64,000 bases of DNA from Myxococcota bacterium (lineage in GTDB: Bacteria > Myxococcota_A > Polyangia > Polyangiales > Sandaracinaceae). The stretch covers positions 13,322 to 77,321 of the forward strand of contig JAYZQJ010000019.1 of the NCBI GenBank assembly GCA_036149055.1, read 5' to 3'. Below the pieces are notes generated by a model. The model saw nothing but the letters and a program-made list of their open reading frames with translations, searched no databases and was not told the origin of the DNA. Both the position numbers and the translations under genes were made by a program. Positions 40,385 through 50,000 of the stretch are shown one piece after another; within the stretch, counting starts at the first letter, position 1; the number at the start of each line of letters is the position of its first letter.

Positions 40385-41232
40385 GGGTCGAGCCACGGCA
40401 TGCTCGCGAAGAACACGATCGTGAGCACGCAGCAGCCGAGGCCGAGGACCGTGAACACCAGGAACGGCATCCAACCGGCGAGCGCGGCGCGGTTGGGCGG
40501 CAGGTCGTGGCGCACCCGCGCGAGCGTGGTCAGCTGGATCGCGGTCCACACCTCGATGGCCAGATACACCAGCATCGAGATCACCGGCCCGACGACCGGC
40601 AGGTTGCCCAGGATGGCGGCGACGAGCGTGGTCAGCTGGATGGCGTGCACGTAGCTCGTGCCCCAGACGCTGACCGCGAGCCCGCGCCCGCCGCCCGAGA
40701 TGGCGACGCCGGCGTGAAAGATCAGCGCGCGCATCCCCACCATGAAGAGGTGCCAGCCGACGAGGATGAGCGGATACGCCACCGCCACGCCGATCGCGAT
40801 CGCGGCGAAGAGCGGATCCTGGGCCTCCGGCCCGATCACGCTCTCCCACATGCCGAACGCGAGCAGGCACCCCGCGCCGCAGAGGAGAAGCGACGTCTGC
40901 ACCGCCGCCACCGCGCCCCCCGTCACCGCCGCGTACCCGAAGGCCGCCGTCCACGGCCCCGGCGCGCACCCCTCGAGGGTGTCGGTCGGCCGGAGCAGCA
41001 TCTGGCGAGTGGTGTTCAGCCAGCGCCGGAACCAGGGCTCGCCGGCCCGCTCCCAGGGGATGACCCCGCCGCCGACGCGCTCCCGGCAGCTCTCACAGTG
41101 ATCGGGCAGCGCCCCGTCGGGCTCCAGGCAGGCCGGGCAGACGTTGTTCCCGCAGCGCGCGCACGTCCCCGTGGCCGCCGCCCCTTCGTGCGCGGCGCAG
41201 ACCGCGACCGTCGTCTCCGGCGTCGGCTCCAT
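40381..41232 (-). CDS. B-box-like Zn-finger plus Yip1-like membrane protein (paralogue 1)
   Basis: CAAHEGAAATGTCARCGNNVCPAC..CESC, IPWE, TM helices. Confidence 0.75.
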   Translation of the reverse strand: MEPTPETTVAVCAAHEGAAATGTCARCGNNVCPACLEPDGALPDHCESCRERVGGGVIPWERAGEPWFRRWLNTTRQMLLRPTDTLEGCAPGPWTAAFGYAAVTGGAVAAVQTSLLLCGAGCLLAFGMWESVIGPEAQDPLFAAIAIGVAVAYPLILVGWHLFMVGMRALIFHAGVAISGGGRGLAVSVWGTSYVHAIQLTTLVAAILGNLPVVGPVISMLVYLAIEVWTAIQLTTLARVRHDLPPNRAALAGWMPFLVFTVLGLGCCVLTIVFFASMPWLDP

Positions 41233-41287
41233 CGCCCGGAGCCTGCCACCCTCCCCCCGCCCTCGTCCACGCTCCTGCCGCGCTGCA

Positions 41288-43537
41288 CTACTCGAGACGG
41301 ACGGCGCCGTCTCGGGCGGTGACGAGGACGCGGCGATCCCGGAAGGAGGGGTCGGACGCGATGCGGGCGGCGAGCGGGGTGAAGACGCGCTCCTCGATCA
41401 CGCGGCGCAGCGGGCGGGCGCCGTAGCGAGGGTGGAAGCCGAGCTCGGCGAGGCGATCGCGGGCGTCGGGGTGGACCACCAGCTGGAGGTTCCGGCGCTG
41501 CAGGCCGGCGCGCGAGAGCGCCTTGCGGAGCTCGAGATCGCAGACCCGGCGCACGTCCTCGCGGTCGAGGTGGCGGAAGCTCACCACCTGATCGAGGCGG
41601 TTGACCAGCTCGGGGCGGAAGCGATCGCGGACCGCGCGGGCGAAGTCGTCCCGGGGCGCGGCGTCGAAGCCGACCGGCGCGCGCTCCCCCGCGCCGACGT
41701 TGCTGGTCAGCACGATGACCGTCATGCGGAAGTCGACGAGGCGGCCCATCGCGTCCGTCAGGCGCCCCTCGCCGAGCACGCCGAGCAGCAGATCGAAGAC
41801 CTCCGGGTGCGCCTTCTCCAGCTCGTCGAAGAGCACCAGCGAGAGCGGCTGACGGTGGACCTGCTCGGCGAGGCTGGTCACGCCGCGGCCCACCTGCCGG
41901 AGCCGATCGACCGCGCCTGGCACCATGTACTCGCTCAGGTCCACCCGGACGAGGCGCCCCGCGTCGCCGAAGAGCACCCGGGCGAGCTGCTTGGCGAGCT
42001 CCGTCTTGCCCACGCCGGTCGGGCCGACGAAGAGGAGGTTGCCGAGCGGCCGCTCGGGGTCGGCCAGCCCGGCCTTGAAGCGCGCGAGGACCCGGCCGGC
42101 GCCGTGACACGCCGCGTCCTGGCCGATGACGCCCTCGCGGAGGCGCGCCGCCATCTCGTCCACGGTGGCCGACGCCTCGTCCGCGATCAGCTCGGCCGGG
42201 AGCCCGACGTGGCGCGCGTACCAGCGCGAGGCGTCGGCCGGGTCGACGCGGCCGGGGCGCTGCTGAGCGAGCCAGTCGAGCATCGCGAAGCCCTTGCCGG
42301 GGAAGCGCTGGTGGCGCCCGAACGCGTCGAGGTGCCGCACGAGCCGGTCGAGCGCCGCCGGGTGCACGTCGAGCTCCTTGCGCGCGGCCCAGGTGCGCAT
42401 CAGCGCCACCACGCGAGCGCGGGAGGGCTCCTCGATCCGGACGATCCGGAAGGCGTCGAGGAGGCGGCCGGCGCGGCGACGCGCCTCGACCAGCTCGCCC
42501 TCGGTGCACTCCGCGATCACCGGGAGCTGCCCGCCCATCACCGCCGGGGCGAGCAGCTCCGCGATGGAGCTGCCGTCGCCCTGGGGCCGGAGCAGGGGCG
42601 GCAGCGGGCCGAGGTAGAGCAGCTCGTCCTCGCCCTCGAGCTCGCGCACCATGTCGAGCACGCGCTCCTGCCACATGCCGAGGTAGATCATGCCGGCCAG
42701 GATGCGGTCCGCGCTCGTGGCCCAGAGCCGCGCGGGCACGTCTCGACCGGCGCGCTGCTGACGGAGCAGCCAGCGTGCGAGCCGTCGCACGAAGGTCGTC
42801 TTGCCGACGCCGCGCTCACCCACCAGCAGCAGCGAGGGCCGGACCGGCTGGGCGAGCGCGCGGACCTCCTCGTCGAAGACGGGGTCCTCGCCGATCACGG
42901 GCGCGAGCTTCTTGCGGCCGGCGCGCTCCACCCACTCGTCGGCCACCGCCTCCATCGTGCGCGTCTCGCCCCGGCCGAAGGCGAGCGACAGCTCGAGCGC
43001 GCGCGGCGCCTCCTTCTTCAGCCACTCCGGGGTCCAGGGCACCACGCGCTCCTCGCCCTGGCGACGGAAGGCGAAGAGCCACGCGGGGTCCTCACCGAGG
43101 AGGGCGCCGCTGACCGCCTGCTCGAGCACCTTCGCGGCGCTCTCCAGGCTCTCGAGCATCAGCCACCAGCGGAACCGCGGGAGCATCACGCGGTAGGCGC
43201 CGCCCTTCATCTGGCACCACACGTAGGAGAGCTTCAGCGGGACCTCGCGCGCGCCGACCACCGGCTGCCGCTCCACCACCGAGGCCGGGTGGATCGACAG
43301 GGGCACGGTCCGCACGTGGAGCTCCTCGCTCCAGAGGTAGCGGCCGAGCTCGTCCTCGCGGGTGGCGAGGAGCCCCCGGAGCGCGGCGTCGAGCTCGGCG
43401 AGCGCGTCCTCCAGCGTCTCGGCGTAGGCGCTCGGAGGGAGCTCGTCGAAGAACGACTCGCGGGTGCGGACGAGGGTCGCGAGGACCCGGCCGTCGTCGA
43501 GCTCGACCACGTGCACGCGGAGGCTCTTCTCGATCAC
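41288..43537 (-). CDS. ClpA/B-like double AAA+ ATPase, short paralogue (no C-terminal extension)
   Basis: GERGVGKT; RFPGK; GPTGVGKT; LFDELEKAH; GRLTD; FRPELVNRLD; YGARPLRR. Confidence 0.9.
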   Translation of the reverse strand: MIEKSLRVHVVELDDGRVLATLVRTRESFFDELPPSAYAETLEDALAELDAALRGLLATREDELGRYLWSEELHVRTVPLSIHPASVVERQPVVGAREVPLKLSYVWCQMKGGAYRVMLPRFRWWLMLESLESAAKVLEQAVSGALLGEDPAWLFAFRRQGEERVVPWTPEWLKKEAPRALELSLAFGRGETRTMEAVADEWVERAGRKKLAPVIGEDPVFDEEVRALAQPVRPSLLLVGERGVGKTTFVRRLARWLLRQQRAGRDVPARLWATSADRILAGMIYLGMWQERVLDMVRELEGEDELLYLGPLPPLLRPQGDGSSIAELLAPAVMGGQLPVIAECTEGELVEARRRAGRLLDAFRIVRIEEPSRARVVALMRTWAARKELDVHPAALDRLVRHLDAFGRHQRFPGKGFAMLDWLAQQRPGRVDPADASRWYARHVGLPAELIADEASATVDEMAARLREGVIGQDAACHGAGRVLARFKAGLADPERPLGNLLFVGPTGVGKTELAKQLARVLFGDAGRLVRVDLSEYMVPGAVDRLRQVGRGVTSLAEQVHRQPLSLVLFDELEKAHPEVFDLLLGVLGEGRLTDAMGRLVDFRMTVIVLTSNVGAGERAPVGFDAAPRDDFARAVRDRFRPELVNRLDQVVSFRHLDREDVRRVCDLELRKALSRAGLQRRNLQLVVHPDARDRLAELGFHPRYGARPLRRVIEERVFTPLAARIASDPSFRDRRVLVTARDGAVRLE

Positions 43538-46500
43538 GGCGTCCCCCGCTCGCGGCTCGCGCGCAGCCAGACCAGCGGGCGCAGCGCGTCGATCGGCCGC
43601 CGCGACCGCTCCACGATCACCTGCCCGCTCGGGTAGTCCTCGATCTCCAGCGGGGCCGCCTCACCCGGGCGTGGCGGCGGGTCGAAGCGCAGGCGCCGGA
43701 CCGCCGGGAGGAGGCCCGCCGGGTCGGGCGGCAGCGGGGACTCTCCCCGCTCGAGCGCCCGCTCGAAGCGCCGCGCCGCGTCGTCGTGCGCCTCGAGGAC
43801 CGCAGCGCAGGACTCGGCGTCGTGGAGGGTGACCCGCACGATCTCCGCGCCCGACAGGAGCGACGACCAGACGTGGCAGCCGCGCTCGCCCTCGAGGAAG
43901 CTGCGGGTCGCCACCCCGTAGAGCTCGAGGACCAGCTGCGTCGGCCGGGTCGCGAGCAGCGCGCGCAGATCGACGGCCTCGCCCGACGCCTGGATCTCGC
44001 CGTCCGGGGTGCGCGCCGCGGCCGCCACCAGCTCGCCGCGCAGCCCCGCGTAGAGCTCGGCCAGCCACCCGAAGAGCCCGTCCGGGGCGCGGTCGTAGCG
44101 CGGCGGGCGCCGGCCCTGCCCGACCCGGAGCAGCTCGAGGAAGACGCGATGCTCGGCCGGCTCGGCCAGGCGCCCCACCGCGCGCTCGAGCAGCGTGATC
44201 TCGCCGACGCGCCGGAGGATCTCGTTCTTGGAGAGCGCAGCCGAGGGCCCGCGCACCGCCCGGCGGTCGAGGCGCTTGACCTTCGACTTGAGGCGCCAAC
44301 CAGAGTCCCCCTCGGAACGCTCCCGCACCGCGTCGACCTCGAGCTCGCGCGCCACGTCGGCGTTCGCGTGGGTCCGCAGATCCAGGTCGGCGCGCAGCGC
44401 CTCGAGATCGGCCCGGAAGCGGTCGAGCGCGTAGAGCGTGCTGGCGCCCCGCGCGTCCCCACGCCCGACGCGCTCCATCAGCGCGCTCCGCCGCGCCTCG
44501 AGCGCCTCGAGCGCCTCGCTCTCCTGCAGGTCGCGGGTCCGGGCGAGCAGGCGCGGGAGGAGCTTCACCAGGGACGACGCCGGCTGCTGGAGCAGCCCCT
44601 CGAGCGCGTGGCGCGCGTCCTCGAGCGGCGCCTCCACCAGCGCGTCGATGTGCAGCCGGTACGCCTCGCCCTCGACGTAGACCCGCGCGATCCGCATCTC
44701 CGCCCGACTGCCGCGGGCGAGCTCGTCCGACAGGAGCGCGCCCACCGTCGCCTCGAGGTGGCGCTTGACGCTCCGGGCGCCGTCGCGCGCGTCGAAGGCG
44801 TCCTCGGCCATGCGCTTCACCGCCTCGGGGTGAGGGAAGACGAAGACCCGCCGGTCGGTCAGGCCGCGCCGCGCGAGGAGCTGCGCGAGCTCCTTCTCGC
44901 AGACCCGCTCGGCGACCTCGGGCGTGAGCGGCGCGAACGGCACCACGCGATCGATCCGGTTGAAGAGCTCGGGCGGGAAGAACTCGCGCACCGCTCGATC
45001 CACGTCGCGCAGCACCGCGTCCGCCCGCTCACCGAAGCCGACCGCGGCCCGCGGCTTGGCGCCGAGGTTCGAGGTCATCACGATCACCGCGCGCCGGAAG
45101 TCGGTGACCGCGCCCCCCGCGTCCGTCAGCCGCCCCTCGTCGAGCAGCTGCAAGAGGAGCTGCAGCACCGCCGGGTGCGCCTTCTCGACCTCGTCGAGCA
45201 GCACCACGCAGAACGGCTGCTGGCGCACGGCGTCGGTCAGCTGACCGCGCGGATCGAAGCGATCCCCGATGAGGCGCGCCACCGAGTCCGGCCCCGTCAT
45301 CTCGCCCATGTCGACGCGGACGAGGCGCGACTCGTCGCCGTAGAGGAAGCCGGCCAGGGCCTTGGCCATCTGCGTCTTGCCGGTGCCGGTCGGCCCGGTG
45401 AAGAGGTAGGTCGCGAACGGGCGCTCGGGGTCGGTGAGCCCGGCGCGGATGCGCGCGACCAGGTCCACCGCGGCCCGCACCGCCTCGTCCTGCCCGAGCA
45501 CGTGCTGCGCGAAGCTCGCCTCGAGCGCGTCCGGGTCCAGCGAGGCGTCGGGGCGGAGCAGCACCTCGGGCAGGCCGGTGCGGCGCGCGAGGAAGCGCAC
45601 CACCGCGTCGCCGTCGATCTCGACCTGGGCCTCGACCTCGACCTGGGCCTCGAAGGAGGCGTCGGCCGCGAGCCGGCGGAGGAGATCGACCGCGACCCCG
45701 GGCCGCGCGGTCCCGGGGTGGAGCGTCTCGCCGAGCTGCAGCACCGCGCGGTACACGTCGGGCGTGAAGGCCACGCGGCGGCTCGGCTCGAGCTCCCGCG
45801 CCTCGTGCAGCAGCAGGTGCATCGTCTCGGCCGGGTCGGTGGGCGTGACCCGCAGGGTGGCGAAGCGGTCGGCGAAGGTCGGCGCGTGCTCCTGCAGGCG
45901 GTGCCACTCGCTCGGCGTCGCCTCGCCGATGATCGTGATCTCGCCGCGGGCGACCGGGCCGCGGAAGAAGTCGGCCAGGCTCCGGTCGCTCTCGCGGCTG
46001 CGCCCGGCGGTCCCGAAGGCGTGGAGGTCCTCGACCCACAGCACGACCCGCGGGTCGGTCGCCTCGTGCGCGAGCTCCACGCAGCGCTGCTCCCACTCGC
46101 CGATGTGGCTCATGCCGGCGAGGATGCGCGCGGTCGACACCCGCCAGACCTCGTGCGCGCGGTCCAGGTTGCGGTGCGAGGGGAAGTCGTCGGCCTCGAG
46201 CAGATCGCTCGCCCAGCGGTGGAGCAGCGTCGTCTTGCCCACGCCCGGCGGGCCGAGGAGCACCACCGGCTGCTTGCGGGGGCCGTCGAGCAGCTGCCCG
46301 AGCTGCGCCCGCCAGGGCTCGCGCGGTCGGCCCAGGGGGATCGCTCCGTCGGCGATCCGGGCGGTGAGGTTCTCGCCGAGCGCGCGGAGCTGCTTGCGCC
46401 CGTACCGCGACCGTCGCTTCTTCTTCTTCCGCCGGCCGCGATCGGGGTCGAGCTCGAGGTCGGCGAACGGGTCCGGATCCGCGCCGACGTCGTCGATGAG

Positions 46501-47004
46501 CTGCGGCACGCGCTCGGAGAAGCTGAACGCGCGCAGCATGTCCTTGCCGTCGGTCACCAGCTCCTCGGTGACGAAGTCGGCGCCGATGGCCTTCCACGCG
46601 TGGGCGAAGAAGCGCCTCGCCTGCGGGGCGAGCGGCGCGTCCTCGTCGACCACGAAGAACTGGTTCGCGAGCAGCGGGTGATAGGCGATGGCGACGCGCT
46701 CCCCGGGCCGCCGCCAGCGCGGCTCCCGCACGAGCGGGAAGAGCCCCGAGACGCGCTTGCGATCGGCGACGGTCAGCTCGAGGTGCACGCGCTCGAGCCG
46801 CCGGCCGCGCACGAGCTCCAGGGCCGCGACCTCCTCGGGGCTCATCTGCCGGATGAGGCGCCGCAGCTCGTCGGCGAGCCCGCGCTGGATCTTGGTCGGG
46901 CTCTTGCCCTGGCGGCGGAGCGCGTGGGCCCCGAGCCCGACCGTCGCCCACTCGAGCTGGCCGCGTCGTCGGCGCTGGTAGACGGTGACGGTGACCTGGG
47001 TCAC
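43534..47004 (-). CDS. ClpA/B-like double AAA+ ATPase with C-terminal release-factor-like region
   Basis: GPPGVGKT; GPTGTGKT; LLDEVEKAH; FPPELFNRID; C-terminal LVLELYGVATRSFLEGERGCHVW. Confidence 0.88.
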   Translation of the reverse strand: MTQVTVTVYQRRRRGQLEWATVGLGAHALRRQGKSPTKIQRGLADELRRLIRQMSPEEVAALELVRGRRLERVHLELTVADRKRVSGLFPLVREPRWRRPGERVAIAYHPLLANQFFVVDEDAPLAPQARRFFAHAWKAIGADFVTEELVTDGKDMLRAFSFSERVPQLIDDVGADPDPFADLELDPDRGRRKKKKRRSRYGRKQLRALGENLTARIADGAIPLGRPREPWRAQLGQLLDGPRKQPVVLLGPPGVGKTTLLHRWASDLLEADDFPSHRNLDRAHEVWRVSTARILAGMSHIGEWEQRCVELAHEATDPRVVLWVEDLHAFGTAGRSRESDRSLADFFRGPVARGEITIIGEATPSEWHRLQEHAPTFADRFATLRVTPTDPAETMHLLLHEARELEPSRRVAFTPDVYRAVLQLGETLHPGTARPGVAVDLLRRLAADASFEAQVEVEAQVEIDGDAVVRFLARRTGLPEVLLRPDASLDPDALEASFAQHVLGQDEAVRAAVDLVARIRAGLTDPERPFATYLFTGPTGTGKTQMAKALAGFLYGDESRLVRVDMGEMTGPDSVARLIGDRFDPRGQLTDAVRQQPFCVVLLDEVEKAHPAVLQLLLQLLDEGRLTDAGGAVTDFRRAVIVMTSNLGAKPRAAVGFGERADAVLRDVDRAVREFFPPELFNRIDRVVPFAPLTPEVAERVCEKELAQLLARRGLTDRRVFVFPHPEAVKRMAEDAFDARDGARSVKRHLEATVGALLSDELARGSRAEMRIARVYVEGEAYRLHIDALVEAPLEDARHALEGLLQQPASSLVKLLPRLLARTRDLQESEALEALEARRSALMERVGRGDARGASTLYALDRFRADLEALRADLDLRTHANADVARELEVDAVRERSEGDSGWRLKSKVKRLDRRAVRGPSAALSKNEILRRVGEITLLERAVGRLAEPAEHRVFLELLRVGQGRRPPRYDRAPDGLFGWLAELYAGLRGELVAAAARTPDGEIQASGEAVDLRALLATRPTQLVLELYGVATRSFLEGERGCHVWSSLLSGAEIVRVTLHDAESCAAVLEAHDDAARRFERALERGESPLPPDPAGLLPAVRRLRFDPPPRPGEAAPLEIEDYPSGQVIVERSRRPIDALRPLVWLRASRERGTP

Positions 47005-50000
47005 GACGCCTCGCCTTCCTCGTCCTCGTCCTCGGCGAGCACGTCGATCGAGGCGTCCGCGCGGCCGCTCCGCTCGAGCCAGAGGAGGTGGGTCAGCGCG
47101 ATGGCCTCGAGGCGCGCCCAGTACTCGGCCAGCGAGAGGGTCAGCGTCGCGCCGCCGGGGAGCGTGAGCACCTCACCCTCGTGCTCGCGCACCGCGGGGA
47201 GCAGGCGCCGCCGGGTCGACGAGGGGATGGGCTCCGGGTGGAGCCGCGGCGAGTCGAGGGCGTCGTCGGGCAGGTCGGCGGCGTGGCGCAGCGTGGTCAC
47301 GACGAAGGTCGCCGGGGTCGCCCCCTCGTGCCCGCGGTAGCGGTGGAGCCCCGCCTCGAGCGCGAGCAGGTGACCGGCGTGACGGCCGCGAACCCGGAGC
47401 AGGAGCGCGAGGGGGCCGCGGTCGGGCTGGGCGAGGCGATGGGCGAGCGCGTCGGCGTCGCGCGGCGGGCCCCAGCGCCGCTCGGTCGGCCAGTCGGCGG
47501 GCTTCGGCGCCGGGTCCTTCTCCACGTGGCCGAGGATCTGCCAGCCGAGCCGCTCGCGCGCCTCGAGCAGCCCGCCGAGCCAGCGGTTCAGCGGGCGCTG
47601 CCCGTCGTGCTCCTGCACGCGCACCGTGATCGCGTGGCGCTCGTCGTTCGCGATCAGCAGCTCCAGCAGCGCGGCGCGGAAGGTGAGGTCCGCCTGGCCG
47701 ACGAGCGCGGCCATCTCCGACACCGGCTCCCCGGCGAGCGAGGCGACGACCGACAGCTCCTCGATGGACTCGATCTCGGCCACCGCCGCGTCCACCGCGT
47801 CGAGCCGCTCGCGCAGCCCGGCGAGCTCGGATTGCAGCATCGCCGCCTCCGTCCCGCGCACGCCGTCGCCGTAGGACACCTCGGCGAGCAGGTACTGCGC
47901 GCGCTCGCGGAGCTCGGCCGCCGTCGGGACCTCGCGCGTCTCGTGGGCCCAGCGGCGGGTGGCCGAGACCCGGGCGAGCAGGGCCGCGTCCTCCCGGGCG
48001 CTGCGGGGCGGGCCGCGCAGGATCTCGTAGACGAGGCCGTCGCGGGTCTCGGCGTGCAGGCGACCGCCCTCGGGCGCCGGATCGCGCTCGCCGCGCACCA
48101 CCAGCCGCGCGTTCCGGGCCGCGGCGCCGAGCGGACCGAGCGCCCGGGCCAGCGGCGCGACGAGCGCGTCCTCGAGGTGCCGACGCAGCGCCCGCGCCCC
48201 GTAGGCCGCCTCGAAGCCGCCGTCGGACAGCGCGTCGAGCGCCGCCTCGCTGACCTCGAGCGTCGCCCCGAGCTCCACCAGCCCGCGCCGCATCGCGAGG
48301 CGCTCGACCGTCAGCCCGGCGATCGCGCGGATCTCGCCGCGGCTCAGCGGCGCGAACGGGATCACGCGATCGATGCGGTTGACCAGCTCGGGCCGGAACC
48401 AGCCCTCCACCGCCTCCAGGTACCGCGCGCCCTCGTCGACGGCCGGCGGGTCGATGCCGACGGCGCGGCTGCGGTGCCGCGTGCCGAGGTTGCTGGTCAT
48501 GACCACGATCGCGTCGTGGAAGTAGGCGGTGCGGCCGCGGGCGTCGGTCAGGCGGCCCTCGCCGAGCACGCCGAGCAGGAGGTCGAACACGCTCGGGTGC
48601 GCCTTCTCGATCTCGTCGAGCAAGACGACGCAGAACGGCTGCTGACGCACCGCGCTCGTCAGCTGGCCCTCGCCGCTCGCGCTGCCGTGGACGAGCCGCG
48701 TCGCCGCGCCCGGATCGGCCATCTCGGACATGTCGAAGCGGACGAGCCGCTCGGCCGAGCCGAAGAGGAGCTCGGCCAGCGCGCGGCAGAGCGCCGTCTT
48801 GCCCACCCCGGTCGGCCCGGCGAAGAGGAAGCTCGCGAGCGGCTTGTCGCCCGGCGCCAGCCCCGCCTTCACCACCGCCAGCGTGTCCACCAGGCGGTCC
48901 ACCGCGTCGGCCTGGCCCACGATCCGCCGCGCGAAGAACGCCCGGGCCCGCTCACGACGCCAGGCGACGTCGTCCCGCAGGAGCAGCTCGGGCACGCCCG
49001 TCTGAGCGGAGAAGAGCGCGTAGACGTCCTCGGCCCGCAGCCGCTTCGCCTCCGCGTGGTGGGCGCGCTCGGCGCTCGCGCGCAGCTCCTCGAAGAGGCG
49101 CACCGCCTTGCCGGGGAAGGCGCGGTAGGGGAGGAAGCGGTCGGTCAGCTCGACGACGGCGCCGATCGCGCCGCGATCCAGGTTGGCGCGCTGCGGCTCC
49201 CTGCGCGCGGCGTACTCGATGCAGGCCTCCAGCGCGGCCCGCCCGGCCCGCGCGTCCTGCGGCTCGAGGCGCAGCGGGTGCATCGAGGCGAAGAGGCCGG
49301 GGTGACGGCTCGCGAAGAGATCCGCCGCCTCGGGCGTCAGCTCCCCGACGACCCGGACTCGCCCGTCGTCGAGCCAGGGGCGGATCGCCGACGGGAGGTC
49401 CACGTACGCGCCGGCGTGGTCGCCGAGCAGGTCGCGCAGGTCGTCGAGCCAGAGCACCGCGTCGAGGGTCTCGGCCGCCGCGAGCACGCGCTCGACCCGG
49501 GCTTGCCACTGCCCGGCCCCGCTCATGCCCGCCACGAGCTGCGCCCCGCTGGTCGCGTAGAGGAACGGCGCGTCCTCGCCCTTCGCGCGGAGCCAGCGCT
49601 GGACCAGGGTCGTCTTGCCGACCCGCGACTCCCCCACCAGCAGCACCGAGCGGCGCGCCTCGCCGCCGAGCAGGGCGTCCAGGATCGCCCCCGGGGCCTC
49701 CTGCCCGACCGGGTCGGGGCCGCGCACGTCCTCCGGGACCACCCGCCGACCGATCGCGCCGAGCACGCGCTTCGCCTCCGCCCGGCGACGCGCGTCGTCC
49801 ACCCGGCGTCGCAGCGCCCGGGCCCCCGCGCCGGGGAGCGCGCGTCGGTCGACCTCGACGGTCACCCGGGACAGCTCGCGCTCCCGGGCCGACATCAACG
49901 CGAGCAGCGCGGTCGCGTCCGGCGCGAGCACGTGCAGGTAGCGCTGCACCTCGGCCTTCAGCACCTCCTCGAGCGACTCCTTCGGCCCGACGAACACGGT

